This document shows positions 10,128 to 20,778 of a stretch of 64,000 nucleotides of DNA, in pieces. The notes under the pieces were generated by a model, which saw only the letters and a program-made list of their open reading frames with translations, did not search any database and was not told the DNA's origin. Numbering within the stretch: position 1 is the first letter of the stretch; the number at the start of each line of letters is the position of its first letter. The DNA is taken from NCBI GenBank assembly GCA_047601445.1, contig JASGJH010000001.1, positions 768,001 through 832,000 on the forward strand, in the 5' to 3' direction. A program made the translations under genes and the position numbers. This stretch comes from Myxococcales bacterium. Lineage in GTDB: Bacteria; Myxococcota_A; Polyangia; Polyangiales; DASUME01.

Positions 10128-11948
10128 ATGGACAGGGGTTGGTACGCACGCGTGAGCCTGGTGGCCTTGTTGCTGGTCGGCTCTGTACTCGTGGTGTGGC
10201 CGAGCTTGGACGCAGTGTATCCGGCGCCCGCTTGGCTCAAGGACAAGGTTTCCTCGCGCATCGCGCCTGGACTCGACGTCAAGGGAGGCCTGCGGCTGAC
10301 CTACGAGGTCGAGGTGGACGAAGCGATTCGCGACCGTCGCGATCGGTTGGCCGAGGACATCCTCGACCGCCTGGGCGTGGCTTTCGGCATCTTCAAGGCG
10401 GAAGAGCGGCCGACCCGTGAGCAACTCGACCAGGTGCGCGCGCGCGTGACCGTCGAGACTGTCGGTGAGCGCCAGATCCGCGCGACCTTCAAGAGTGCCG
10501 CGGACGCCGAGAAGCTCAACCTCGACCTGATCCGCAAGTTCGGTGACCTCAAGGAAGAGTCCCGCAAGGGCGCGGTGGTCATGATGGGCATCCGCCCGGA
10601 CATGGTCGACCAGCTGCGCGAGACCGCCGTGGGCCAGGCCCGCGAGACCATCGCCGACCGCATCGACAAGCTCGGTGTGCGCGAGACGAGCGTCACGGCG
10701 CGCGGCACGGACATCGCCATCGAGATCCCGGGCGCAGACGAGGCGAGCTTCGCGCGCATCCGCGAGATCATCAGCCGTACGGCGCGCCTGGAGTTCAAGG
10801 TCGTCGACGACGACAGCAACTTCATGGACACGCTGACCGATTTGCCCGAGGGCGTGGAGCGTCAGAGCGAAGTGGTCTCGGCCGGCGTCCAGACGCCCCA
10901 GAAGGTAGTGAGCTACCTGCTGGCTCAGGGCGAGAACGCCCGCCAGACCCTGCAGGCCTACGTGGACTCCGTGAGGGACAAGGTCCCAGACGGCCGCGAG
11001 ATCGCGCTCGGGGAGCTCGATTCCATGGAAGAGGGGCCTGCGGCTTCCAAGAACCGGGCCTGGCGTACGTACCTGCTCAACTCGCGCGCCGACGTGAGCG
11101 GTGAAGACGTGAAGGAAGCCTTCACGGCCTTCGACCAGGAGAACAACGCGCCGTACGTCGCGCTGAACTTCAACCAGAAGGGCGCCGACAAGTTCGGTGA
11201 GCTCACGGGCCGGAACATCAAGCGCCGTATGGCCATCGTGCTCGACGAGCGCGTCGAGAGCGCGCCCGTGATTCAGACCCAGATCGGCGGCGGTCGCTGC
11301 CAGATCACGCTCGGCGGATCGCGCAACTACAACGAGACGCTGCAGGAAGCCAAGGACCTCGTGGTGGTGCTGCGCGCGGGCGCATTGCCTGCGCCCATCC
11401 GTCCGGCCAACGAGCAGATGATTGGTCCGTCGCTCGGGCAAGACGCCATCCAGAAGGGCGGCTTGGGAGCGCTCCTCGGCATCGCCCTCGTGGTCATCTT
11501 CATGCTGATCTACTACCAGATGGCTGGCTTGGTCGCGGACCTGTCCGTGCTCTTGAACCTCCTGTTCCTGTTCGCGCTGATGGCGCTGTTCGAGGCCACG
11601 CTCACGCTCCCCGGCGTCGCTGGCATTGCGCTCACCGTCGGTATGGCGGTGGACGCCAACGTGCTCATCAACGAGCGCATCCGCGAGGAGCTGCGGGCGG
11701 GTAAGTCGGCTCGCGTCGCGGTGGACCAGGGCTTCGACCGCGCTTTCTGGTCGATCTTCGACGGTCAGATCACCACCTTCATCGCGGGCGTGGTGCTCTT
11801 CCAGTACGGCAGCGGTCCCATCAAGGGCTTCGCCGTCACGCTGATGATCGGCATCGTCACCTCGCTCTTCACGGGCGTGTTCTGTTCGCGGGTTTTCTTC
11901 GATTGGCTCGTGCGCGGTCTGCGCGTGAAGTCGCTCAAGGTCGGGTGA
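10128..11948 (+). CDS. secD: Protein translocase subunit SecD
   Basis: GLDVKGG, LRAGALPAP, GPSLGQDAI and GMAVDANVLINERIREE. Confidence 0.97.
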   Translation: MDRGWYARVSLVALLLVGSVLVVWPSLDAVYPAPAWLKDKVSSRIAPGLDVKGGLRLTYEVEVDEAIRDRRDRLAEDILDRLGVAFGIFKAEERPTREQLDQVRARVTVETVGERQIRATFKSAADAEKLNLDLIRKFGDLKEESRKGAVVMMGIRPDMVDQLRETAVGQARETIADRIDKLGVRETSVTARGTDIAIEIPGADEASFARIREIISRTARLEFKVVDDDSNFMDTLTDLPEGVERQSEVVSAGVQTPQKVVSYLLAQGENARQTLQAYVDSVRDKVPDGREIALGELDSMEEGPAASKNRAWRTYLLNSRADVSGEDVKEAFTAFDQENNAPYVALNFNQKGADKFGELTGRNIKRRMAIVLDERVESAPVIQTQIGGGRCQITLGGSRNYNETLQEAKDLVVVLRAGALPAPIRPANEQMIGPSLGQDAIQKGGLGALLGIALVVIFMLIYYQMAGLVADLSVLLNLLFLFALMALFEATLTLPGVAGIALTVGMAVDANVLINERIREELRAGKSARVAVDQGFDRAFWSIFDGQITTFIAGVVLFQYGSGPIKGFAVTLMIGIVTSLFTGVFCSRVFFDWLVRGLRVKSLKVG

Positions 11949-11952
11949 GGTC

Positions 11953-13077
11953 ATGGAGTTCTTCAAGCCGAAAGGCACCATCAACTTCATGAAGTACCGC
12001 GGGGTCATCATCCCGATCTCGCTGTTCTTGGCGTTCCTCGGCATCGTGTCCGTGGCGTGGCCGGGTCCGAACTACGGCATCGACTTCAAGGGCGGCACCG
12101 AGATCCAGCTGAAGTTCGGTGAGAAGGTCACCTCCAACCAGGTGCGCTCCACCTTGGCCGAGATCGGATACGACGCCGAAGTCGTGAACGTCGAAGGCCG
12201 TCCGGGTGAGTACCTGGTGCGCGTCGGCGAGGTCAGCTCGCTGCCCTCCGGCAAAATCGAGGAGATCAAGAAGGCCATCAACTGGAACATCGCCGGCGTG
12301 AAGGTCGAGGAGCTCCGGGTCTCCCCCGGTGGCGACAAGATCGCGCTGCGCATGCGCGAGGAGACCGATCCCGATGCCATCGAGCAGGCCCTCAAGGCGG
12401 CCGGCGCGGACGTGCGCGCGGTCGCGCCCTTCGGTTCGCGCGACCAGCATCGCTACGAGGCGCAGCTGGTGGGCGTCGCCGACGAGGTCATTCAGGGCCT
12501 GCAGGCCAAGCTGGGCGAGGCGGCCCCCGAGGCTCCGCTGCGCGTGGAATGGGTGGGTCCCAAGGCTGGTAAGCAGCTGCGCGTTGCGGCGGTGAAGTCG
12601 CTGATGTGGGCGATCCTCTTCATCATGGGCTACGTGGCGATGCGCTTCGATCTGCGCTTCGCACCCGGCGGCATCATCGCGCTGATGCACGACGCCCTGA
12701 TCACCGTGCTCGTGTTCGTGGTGATGCGCCGCGAGATCAACCTGGCGACGGTGGCAGCGCTGCTCACCATTCTCGGTTACTCCATCAACGACACCATCGT
12801 GATCTTCGATCGCATCCGCGAGAACATGACGCGCATGCGCGAGCACTCGATGTACGACCTCATCAACATCAGCACGACGCAGACGCTGTCGCGCTCGATC
12901 CTGACGTCGTTCGTGACCTTGCTCTCGATCTTGCCCTTCTTGATCTGGGGAACCCCCGTCATCAAGGACTTCGCCCTCGCGTTGGTCATCGGTATGGTCG
13001 TCGGCTCCTACTCCACGATCTACATCGCCGCTCCGTTCACGGAGTGGATGGACAGGAAGCTCTTCTCCAAAGCGTGA
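11953..13077 (+). CDS. secF: Protein translocase subunit SecF
   Basis: GIDFKGG, HDALI, GYSINDTIVIFDRIREN and TLSRSILTS. Confidence 0.97.
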   Translation: MEFFKPKGTINFMKYRGVIIPISLFLAFLGIVSVAWPGPNYGIDFKGGTEIQLKFGEKVTSNQVRSTLAEIGYDAEVVNVEGRPGEYLVRVGEVSSLPSGKIEEIKKAINWNIAGVKVEELRVSPGGDKIALRMREETDPDAIEQALKAAGADVRAVAPFGSRDQHRYEAQLVGVADEVIQGLQAKLGEAAPEAPLRVEWVGPKAGKQLRVAAVKSLMWAILFIMGYVAMRFDLRFAPGGIIALMHDALITVLVFVVMRREINLATVAALLTILGYSINDTIVIFDRIRENMTRMREHSMYDLINISTTQTLSRSILTSFVTLLSILPFLIWGTPVIKDFALALVIGMVVGSYSTIYIAAPFTEWMDRKLFSKA

Positions 13078-14933
13078 GCCGTTCTGCGGGGCCGTGGGGC
13101 GCAAGTTGTGCTCTACTCGGCCCCGTGCTGGCCACGCTCGAAGAAGTCACCGAGATCGACGCGGGCGGTCGCGCCAGCGAACCCGCAGGAGTCGGCCTCG
13201 TGCCGGCGCTCCCCTCGGTCGCACCCGCTCCTGCACCGGCCAGGCTAAGCCGCCGCTACGTGCTGCGGCAGCAGGACCCTGCGCGGGCCGAGGAACTCGC
13301 GCGAACCTGCGGTGTCTCTCCCGTCATAGCCCAGGTGCTGTTGAACCGCGGGCTCTTCGAGGGAGCCGAGGCCCAGGCGTTCTTGCAGCCCAAGCTCGCG
13401 AACCTCACGCAGCCGGACGGCATGCTCGACCGGGCCCGCGCGGCCGAGCGCCTGGCAGATGCGGTTGACCGACGCGAGCAAATCGTGGTGTTCGGGGACT
13501 ACGACGTCGATGGCACCACCAGCACGGCGATCCTGGCCGACGTACTCGAGGCGCTCGGCGGGCGCGTTCAAGCCCTGGTCGCGAATCGTTTCGAGGGAGG
13601 CTACGGGCTGAGCGATCGCGCGCTCGATCGCATTCTCGCCCTTTCGCCGCGCGTTCTCGTCACCTGTGACTGCGGCTCGAGCGACGGCCCGCGCGTGGCA
13701 CGTGCGCGCGCCGCGGGTGTGGACGTGATCGTGGTGGATCACCACCTGGTTCCTCCCGACCCGCTCGAGGCGGTGGCGTTCCTCAATCCGCATCGGCCCG
13801 AGTGCGGCTTTCCCTTCAAAGGCCTGTGCAGCGCCGGGCTGGCGCTGTCGCTGTCGGCCGCCGTTCGCGCGCGGCTCAAGTCCAACCTCGACCTGCGCCA
13901 GTGGCTCGACTTGGTGGCGCTCGGGACCATCGCGGACATCGCCCCATTGCACACGGACAACCGGGCCCTGGTGCGCGTCGGCCTCGATCGCCTGGCCTCC
14001 GATCAAGCGCGCCCGGGTGTGATGGCGTTGCGCGAAGCCGCCAAGATTCGGACGGGTACCCACGTGTCGGGTATCGACGTGGCCTTCCGGCTAGCGCCGC
14101 GGTTGAACGCGGCAGGTCGGCTCGGCGATCCGGCCGTGACTTTGGCGCTCCTGCGCGCCAAGACCCTCGAGGAGGCACGCGGACTCGCGCTGCAAATCGA
14201 GCGTCTGAACAACGAGCGCAAGGAGCTCGAGCGCCAGGTGACCGCGGCCGCCATCGAGCAAGTCGATCTCGATGCCCACGAGCGCCACGGCATCGTGGCG
14301 GCAGGGCAGGGCTGGCACCGCGGCGTGGTCGGTATCAGCGCGGCCCGCCTCGTGGAGCGCTATCAGCGGCCCACCCTGGTGATTGGCCTGGACGGCGAGT
14401 TCGGGCACGGCAGCGGTCGCGCCCCCGACGGCTTTCCGCTCTACGCCGCCATCGCCCGTAGTCGGGAGCTGCTCGAGAAGTTTGGCGGTCACGACGCGGC
14501 AGCGGGCCTCACAATCCGCGCCGATCGCGTGGAGCTGTTGCGCGCTCAATTCGAGAGCGCCTGTGCCGAGCTCGCCACGCAGCGCATCGAAGTCGAGGAG
14601 ATCGCGGTCGATGCGCGCATCGACGGTGAGGGTTATCGCCTCCCTGTGGCCCCGGAGTTGGTGCTCCTCGAGCCACTCGGAGAGTGCAACCCCGAGCCGG
14701 TGTTCGAAGCTCGCGGCGAGGTGGTGCGCGCCGACGAAGTGGGTGAGGGGCACCTCAAGCTCACGCTTCGCATCGGCGCACGCGAGCTCCCCGCATTCGG
14801 TTACGAGCTGGCCGCACGCCGTCCAGCGCTCGCCACGCGCGTGCGTGCCTTCGGGCACCTCCGCCCCGACACCTATCGAGGGGGGCAATGCGTGGAATTG
14901 CGGCTCCTCGATCTCGAGCTCGAAACTCCCTGA
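13074..14933 (+). CDS. recJ: ssDNA-specific exonuclease RecJ (start uncertain)
   Basis: GDYDVDG, DCG, DHH, GTIAD, PRLNAAGR and FGGHDAAAG. GTG overlaps the secF stop. Confidence 0.95.
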   Translation: MSRSAGPWGASCALLGPVLATLEEVTEIDAGGRASEPAGVGLVPALPSVAPAPAPARLSRRYVLRQQDPARAEELARTCGVSPVIAQVLLNRGLFEGAEAQAFLQPKLANLTQPDGMLDRARAAERLADAVDRREQIVVFGDYDVDGTTSTAILADVLEALGGRVQALVANRFEGGYGLSDRALDRILALSPRVLVTCDCGSSDGPRVARARAAGVDVIVVDHHLVPPDPLEAVAFLNPHRPECGFPFKGLCSAGLALSLSAAVRARLKSNLDLRQWLDLVALGTIADIAPLHTDNRALVRVGLDRLASDQARPGVMALREAAKIRTGTHVSGIDVAFRLAPRLNAAGRLGDPAVTLALLRAKTLEEARGLALQIERLNNERKELERQVTAAAIEQVDLDAHERHGIVAAGQGWHRGVVGISAARLVERYQRPTLVIGLDGEFGHGSGRAPDGFPLYAAIARSRELLEKFGGHDAAAGLTIRADRVELLRAQFESACAELATQRIEVEEIAVDARIDGEGYRLPVAPELVLLEPLGECNPEPVFEARGEVVRADEVGEGHLKLTLRIGARELPAFGYELAARRPALATRVRAFGHLRPDTYRGGQCVELRLLDLELETP

Positions 14934-15011
14934 GCGCGGCGCACGGGGTGGGCTTGCCCTGGCGCCGAGTGTTGGCGCGACTTTCCTACCTCGCGCGCCG
15001 CTGCCAGGGCG

Positions 15012-15806
15012 CTACTTGCCGGTCCACTTGGGCTCCCGCTTCTGAAGAAATGCTGCCAGCCCTTCCGCGGCATCCTGGGTGCCGAGTAGCGCCAGGAACT
15101 GGGCCTTGAGTGTCGGTAGGCTCTCGGCCAGCGGCACCCCATGCTGCTGATGGAACGCGCGCAGGCCGTGCGCCATGGCAGTGGGAGAACGGCTAGAGAG
15201 CGCTTGGCTGAGCTTGTTTACTTCTGCGTCCAGCTCGCCGTCTGCCACGACCCGCGTCAGCAGGCCCGCTTCGAAGGCGGCGTGGGCGCTCCATTTCTCG
15301 CCCACCAACATCAGCTCGATCAGCTTGCGGCGGGGCATCAGGGGCGCCAGCACGGCCATGATCTGCATCGGAAATAGTCCGCGGTGGATCTCGGGGGTAC
15401 CGAGCACCGCGCTCTCGGCGGCGATCGCGAAATCCGCGCTCGCCACGAGCCCTAGACCTCCCCCCAGGGCGGGGCCGAGGACGCGGGCCACGACGGGCTT
15501 GCCCAGCGCGGAGAACCGCAGCAGCAGGTCCGCAAAGTCACCACGTACCGCGAGGGCGGGCTCCTTGCCCGCGCTCCCCATCTGGCTGAGATCCGCGCCA
15601 GCACAGAAGGCCGCCCCGCTACCCGTGAGGACGACCACGCGCACGTCGGGATCCTCTTTGGCGTCGTCCAGGGCCCACAACAGCTCGTTGACCATCTGCG
15701 GGCTGAGCGCGTTTTTCCGCTCCGGATTGTGCAGGGTCAGCGTGGCGACGTGGTCGCTCCGTTGAACCTGGAGCTTCTGGTATTCGGGGCGATGGGCGAG
15801 GGCCAT
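15012..15806 (-). CDS. Enoyl-CoA hydratase/isomerase family protein
   Basis: NAL, FCAGADL, ALGGG, PE and EGLAAFLQKREPKW. Confidence 0.93.
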   Translation of the reverse strand: MALAHRPEYQKLQVQRSDHVATLTLHNPERKNALSPQMVNELLWALDDAKEDPDVRVVVLTGSGAAFCAGADLSQMGSAGKEPALAVRGDFADLLLRFSALGKPVVARVLGPALGGGLGLVASADFAIAAESAVLGTPEIHRGLFPMQIMAVLAPLMPRRKLIELMLVGEKWSAHAAFEAGLLTRVVADGELDAEVNKLSQALSSRSPTAMAHGLRAFHQQHGVPLAESLPTLKAQFLALLGTQDAAEGLAAFLQKREPKWTGK

Positions 15807-15940
15807 GAGTCTTAACTCCACTTTCGCGGGCGGGGATTTCGACAGGAAACTGACGGGCTTGGGCCAGCGTTCCTTGATGTGTCTCGCCTTTCAACGTACT
15901 CTGCCCGGCACAGTCACGGGAGGGGTGGGTGCGGTCGCTC

Positions 15941-16510
15941 ATGCTCAAGTCTTTCGCAACGGCGCTTCTGGTATTGGCGGTCACGTTCCAGGCGAGCGAG
16001 GCCTCGGCTCAGGCTCAGCCCACGGATTCGAGCGAGGTCATCACCACGCCGGGGCACCGCCTCAACGGCAATGTCGCCGGAACCATTGGGCTTGGCCTGC
16101 TGGGTGCGGAAGTCGGCCTGATCCTGACCCCCACCTTCGGCCTCCAGGATCACTGGTGGGCGTGGGTGCTGTTCCCCACCGTGGGAGCGGCGGGCGGTGC
16201 GGTCGCAGGCGCCCTGGCGTTCGATCCGCATGACCCTGGCCCCAAGGTCACGCTCACGTTGATGGGCGTGGGCATGGCCCTGGTCGTCCCCGCCATCGTG
16301 GGAGCCATGGCCCTCAAGGACCGCAAGAACAACCGCGCTCTCGAGAATCGGCTCGAGGGAGGTGGGGCAATCCGCCTCAGCAAGAAGGGCACACGCTTCG
16401 GCGTGCCCGATGTGGGTGCCACGCCCGTGTACACCGCGGCCGAGCAGCAGCGTTTTGGCGTGACCCAGCGCAGCGCCTACCAGATTTCGCTGGTTTCTGG
16501 CCGCTTCTGA
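15941..16510 (+). CDS. Hypothetical exported/membrane protein
   Basis: Signal peptide ending ASAQ, about 3 hydrophobic segments, C-terminal ..SGRF; genome-typical codon usage. Confidence 0.65.
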   Translation: MLKSFATALLVLAVTFQASEASAQAQPTDSSEVITTPGHRLNGNVAGTIGLGLLGAEVGLILTPTFGLQDHWWAWVLFPTVGAAGGAVAGALAFDPHDPGPKVTLTLMGVGMALVVPAIVGAMALKDRKNNRALENRLEGGGAIRLSKKGTRFGVPDVGATPVYTAAEQQRFGVTQRSAYQISLVSGRF

Positions 16511-16632
16511 GCCGCGCGACCAGCTAGGTCCGCGCACGAAAGGTGCGGCCAGCGTCCGCGGGCTGCGAGAGTACGGCCAGAGGGCTTCGCGGTTTCGAAG
16601 GCCGTTCAAGCCCGCCGTCCCGGAGCCGCACG

Positions 16633-17616
16633 ATGTCCATGTTGGCCGCTCGAGTGCAGCTCACGCTCCAGCAGCGCAGCTTGTTTCGCGGAGCCCGCAC
16701 CGTGCTGGTGGCTTGCTCGGGCGGACCGGACTCGCAGGTTCTGCTGCATGTTCTTGCCGGACTACGAGCCCGCCACGGCTGCACTCTGGTGGCGGCTGGC
16801 GTCGACCACGGACTGCGTCCGGAGGCCGCCTCGGAGCTCGCACTCGCCGAAGAGCTGGCCCAGCAGCTCGAGGTGCCATTCATGCGGCTTCAGGTGCGCG
16901 TGGCGACCGGGCCCTCGCTGCAGGCCCAGGCGCGCTCAGCGCGCTACCAGGCGCTGCTCGCGTGCGCGCAGGAGCATGGGGCCGAACGGGTCGCCGTCGG
17001 ACACACCCTGGACGATCAGGCCGAAACCGTGCTCGGCAGGCTGCTGCGCGGGGCTGGACTCGAAGGGCTGCGCGGGGTGGTGCCCAGGCGCGCGGACGGC
17101 GTGGTGCGGCCGTTGCTCGACGCGCGCCGCGCGGAGGTGCACGCCCATGCCGCGGAGCATCAACTTCGGTTCGCGCGAGATCCCAGCAATCAGGACCGGA
17201 AATTTATGCGCGTGCGTGTGCGAAACCGCCTATTGCCCGAGTTGGAGGCCGAGAATCCTCGCCTCACTGAGCATTTGGCTGCGCTCGCGGATGATGTGCG
17301 AGAGGTTTCGCAGTTGCTCGCAGGCGAGGTGCAGCGTGCGAAGCGGGCGCTCGAGCTCGGCATGAATGGAGCGGATGTCGAAGGCGCCCGGGAAGAAACG
17401 GGTTATGTCAGGCGTTCGGCCTTGAAGTTGCTAGTGGAAGAGAAGACAGGCAGCGCAATTCAACGCACCCATTTGGTCGCGCTCGAGCGTATGCTGAGAG
17501 ATGGCGGGCAAGTGAGGTTGCCTGGGGACATCGTCGCCTCCATCGGCACAGGGGGGCAGTTGTGCTTTTCCCGCGTCGAGAAACGGGGGCGGGGTATGCG
17601 GCGACCAAACCACTGA
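16633..17616 (+). CDS. tilS: tRNA(Ile)-lysidine synthetase
   Basis: SGGPDS PP-loop, VDHGLR, HTLDDQAET, RPLL and DPSN; upstream of ftsH. Confidence 0.95.
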   Translation: MSMLAARVQLTLQQRSLFRGARTVLVACSGGPDSQVLLHVLAGLRARHGCTLVAAGVDHGLRPEAASELALAEELAQQLEVPFMRLQVRVATGPSLQAQARSARYQALLACAQEHGAERVAVGHTLDDQAETVLGRLLRGAGLEGLRGVVPRRADGVVRPLLDARRAEVHAHAAEHQLRFARDPSNQDRKFMRVRVRNRLLPELEAENPRLTEHLAALADDVREVSQLLAGEVQRAKRALELGMNGADVEGAREETGYVRRSALKLLVEEKTGSAIQRTHLVALERMLRDGGQVRLPGDIVASIGTGGQLCFSRVEKRGRGMRRPNH

Positions 17617-17765
17617 ACGGTACTCGGGCGGAAGCGCCCCCGAAATGAAACCACGTGATCGGGCCAGCGTGCCCGCGTCGAGCGAGCCACCAGGCGAACG
17701 AGATTGGACACATCGAGATAACGAAATCCGCCACGAAAGAGCGGCTAGCGCGTCAGCAGCTCTTA

Positions 17766-17794
17766 TTGATGGGGAGGGGGGCCTGTGTTATCAC
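17766..17794 (+). promoter_or_regulatory. Possible sigma-70 promoter for ftsH
   Basis: TTGATG-17 bp-TATCAC, with an extended -10 TG. Confidence 0.35.
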
Positions 17795-17882
17795 GAAAGC
17801 GCCCCTTACGTAGGTCGAGCACTGCCCCCAAGAAGGCCCTCGACCGCAGGCTTTAACCCGCGCGCGCGCCCATGAGGTTTCC

Positions 17883-19811
17883 GTGAAGCAAAGCCACAAG
17901 ACCCTTTTGCTGTGGGTCCTGCTGATCCTGATGTTCGTCGCCATCTACAACCTGGTGTCGGACCCGGATCAACCGCAGAGCGTGGCCTTCAGCGATTTCA
18001 TGACCGACGTGCGCAACGGCAAGGTCGAGCAAGTCTCGATTCGCCCACGCGAGAACAGCGCGGAGTACCGCTACGTCGCGGTCACCGACGAGGCGCCCAA
18101 GAAGAAGGTGTCGGTCGGTATCGTCGGGGAGTCGATCAACCAGGAGTTGATCGCCAACAACGTGAAGGTCGAATACACGGCCGACGACCAGAACGGCCTC
18201 TGGACGAGCTTGCTCGTCACGTGGCTGCCGATGGTCTTCCTGCTGGTGATCTTCTTCTTCTTCATGCGACAGCTGCAGGCGTCCGGCGGCAAGGCGATGA
18301 GCTTCGGCAAATCGCGCGCGCGGCTGCTCAACGAGTCGCAGAACAAGGTCACCTTCGCCGATGTCGCGGGGATCGACGAGGCCAAGGACGACTGCGAAGA
18401 GATCATCGCGTTCCTCAAGGACCCCAAGAAGTTCCAGCGCCTCGGCGGCCGCATCCCCAAGGGCGTGCTGCTGATGGGCGCCCCCGGCACCGGTAAGACC
18501 CTGCTGGCGCGCGCTATCGCGGGCGAAGCCGGCGTGCCCTTCTTCAGCATCTCGGGCTCCGACTTCGTGGAAATGTTCGTGGGCGTGGGCGCCTCGCGCG
18601 TCCGCGACCTGTTCGAGCAGGGCAAGAAGCACGCGCCCTGCATCATCTTCATCGACGAGATCGACGCTGTCGGTCGCCACCGCGGCTCGGGCCTCGGCGG
18701 TGGTCACGACGAGCGCGAGCAGACCCTCAACCAGCTTCTTGTCGAGATGGACGGCTTCGAGTCGAGTGAGGGCGTGATCATCATCGCGGCCACCAACCGT
18801 CCCGACGTGCTCGACCCGGCCATCCTGCGCCCCGGTCGCTTCGACCGCCGCATCCACGTGCCGCGTCCGGATCTTCGCGGTCGCGAAGGCATCCTGCGCG
18901 TCCACACCAAGCGCACGCCGCTCTCTCCGGACGTCGACCTCGAGATCATCAGCCGCGGCACGCCCGGCTTCTCGGGTGCCGACCTGGAGAACCTCGTGAA
19001 CGAAGCGGCCTTGTTGGCCGCCCGTCAGGACAAGGACAGCGTGGCCATGGCCGACTTCGAGTTGGCCAAGGACAAGGTGATGATGGGCGCCGAGCGCCGC
19101 TCCATGATCATCAGCGAGCACGAGAAGAAGACCACGGCTTGGCACGAGGCCGGCCACACGCTGGTCGCTCGCAAGCTGCCCAACCACGACCCTGTCCACA
19201 AGGTCTCGATCATCCCGCGCGGTCCGGCCCTCGGCGTGACGATGTCGCTGCCCAAGGAAGACCGTCTCGGGTACTCCCGTGACTGGGCCCTCGACCGCAT
19301 CGCCATGGCTCTCGGCGGCCGCATCGCCGAGGAGCTCAAGTTCGGTCAGCTCACGACGGGTGCGTCCAACGACTTCAAGCAGGCGACGCAGCTTGCCAAG
19401 GCGATGGTCACGGAGTGGGGCATGAGCGACAAGCTGGGGCCCATGGCCTACGGCGAGCGTGAGGACAACCCCATGCTTCCGTTCGGACCCGGCGTGCGTC
19501 ATCAGGATTACTCCGAGATGACGGCCCAGGAGATTGACGCCGAAGTGCGTCGCATCATCACCGAGCAGTACGCGCGGGCCAAGGGCCTCTGCAAGGAGAA
19601 CATGGACAAGCTCGATGCCATCGCCGAAGCGTTGCTCGAGCGCGAGACCTTGGACTCCGAAGAGCTCGATGCCTTGATGGATGGGCGGCCGATGCCGCCG
19701 CGTGAGCGTGTGGTGATCCCGACCTACGCCGACAAGCGCAACGAGGCTCGGGAGAAGCGTAAGGGCAGCATCTTCCAGCCGCGGCCCCGCGAGGTTCCGT
19801 CGGGCGGCTGA
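17883..19811 (+). CDS. ftsH: ATP-dependent zinc metalloprotease FtsH
   Basis: 2 TMs, [22 protein letters not shown] and HEAGH. Confidence 0.98.
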   Translation: MKQSHKTLLLWVLLILMFVAIYNLVSDPDQPQSVAFSDFMTDVRNGKVEQVSIRPRENSAEYRYVAVTDEAPKKKVSVGIVGESINQELIANNVKVEYTADDQNGLWTSLLVTWLPMVFLLVIFFFFMRQLQASGGKAMSFGKSRARLLNESQNKVTFADVAGIDEAKDDCEEIIAFLKDPKKFQRLGGRIPKGVLLMGAPGTGKTLLARAIAGEAGVPFFSISGSDFVEMFVGVGASRVRDLFEQGKKHAPCIIFIDEIDAVGRHRGSGLGGGHDEREQTLNQLLVEMDGFESSEGVIIIAATNRPDVLDPAILRPGRFDRRIHVPRPDLRGREGILRVHTKRTPLSPDVDLEIISRGTPGFSGADLENLVNEAALLAARQDKDSVAMADFELAKDKVMMGAERRSMIISEHEKKTTAWHEAGHTLVARKLPNHDPVHKVSIIPRGPALGVTMSLPKEDRLGYSRDWALDRIAMALGGRIAEELKFGQLTTGASNDFKQATQLAKAMVTEWGMSDKLGPMAYGEREDNPMLPFGPGVRHQDYSEMTAQEIDAEVRRIITEQYARAKGLCKENMDKLDAIAEALLERETLDSEELDALMDGRPMPPRERVVIPTYADKRNEAREKRKGSIFQPRPREVPSGG

Positions 19812-19827
19812 TTCTCAGGGGGGCGCA

Positions 19828-20778
19828 TTGATTGAAAGGGGGCGGGGCGTACCTGGCGCACTGGAGGCTGAAGGCCACGCGCATCAAGGGTCCGCTCCGT
19901 CTGCTTTCGAGGGCAATGTCCTCAGTTGCGCCATCTGGGGTGTGCTCAACGTCACACCCGACTCTTTCAGCGACGGCGGCTCGTTCTTCGACCCGGCGCC
20001 CGCTCTCTCCCACGCTGAGCGCATGCTCCGCGAGGGGGCGGACGTGATCGACGTCGGGGGCGAGTCCTCGCGGCCTCCAGGCAAGACCTACGGTGCCGGC
20101 TTCGAGCCCGTGGACGCCCAGGAAGAGTTGCGCCGCGTGCTGCCGGTGGTTGAAGCCCTGGTGGCCCGCGGCGTCCGCGTCTCGGTGGATACGGTGAAGC
20201 CCGAGGTGGCCCGGCGTGTGCTCGAGGCTGGGGCTGCCATTATCAACGACGTTTCCGGAGGACGCAGCGAGGCGCTCCTCGAGGCGGTGGGGGCGCGCCG
20301 CGGCGCCGAGCTAGTACTGATGCACACGCGGGGTCGCGGCGAATGCCATGGCGACAACGTGGCCTATGGCGACGTGGCGGCCGAGGTGCGGGACGAACTC
20401 CTCTCGGCGGTGGAACGTGCGCGGCGCTGTGGGGTCCCCTCCGAGTGCATTTGGCTCGACCCCGGCCTGGGCTTCGCCAAGACGGCCCAGCAATCGGCGC
20501 AGCTCGTGAGCCGGATTGACCTGCTTCTGGCCACTCACTTGCGGGTGCTGGTGGGGCCGTCACGAAAGTCGTTCATCGCGGAGCTCGCCAAGGATGCGTC
20601 CGGAGAGCTGCCGCCCCCCGTGCGTCGTCTAGGTGGCACGGCGGCCGCGGTGACCCTCGCCGTGTGGGCGGGGGCCCAGGCCGTACGCGTCCACGACGTA
20701 GCGGAGATGCGCCAGGCGGTGGAGTTGACGCAGGGAATTGCGCGAGCCCGCCCTAAGTCGGCCGGGGTCGCCCGATGA
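19828..20778 (+). CDS. folP: Dihydropteroate synthase (start uncertain)
   Basis: GVLNVTPDSFSDGG, DVGGESSRP, DPGLGFAK, SRKSF and RVHDV. Confidence 0.96.
   Translation: MIERGRGVPGALEAEGHAHQGSAPSAFEGNVLSCAIWGVLNVTPDSFSDGGSFFDPAPALSHAERMLREGADVIDVGGESSRPPGKTYGAGFEPVDAQEELRRVLPVVEALVARGVRVSVDTVKPEVARRVLEAGAAIINDVSGGRSEALLEAVGARRGAELVLMHTRGRGECHGDNVAYGDVAAEVRDELLSAVERARRCGVPSECIWLDPGLGFAKTAQQSAQLVSRIDLLLATHLRVLVGPSRKSFIAELAKDASGELPPPVRRLGGTAAAVTLAVWAGAQAVRVHDVAEMRQAVELTQGIARARPKSAGVAR

Noticed and set aside
12606..13073. Track ORF suggesting a 775-aa RecJ with a long N-terminal extension
   Set aside because: The extension overlaps secF in another frame and reads as shadow sequence; RecJ homology begins after the secF stop.
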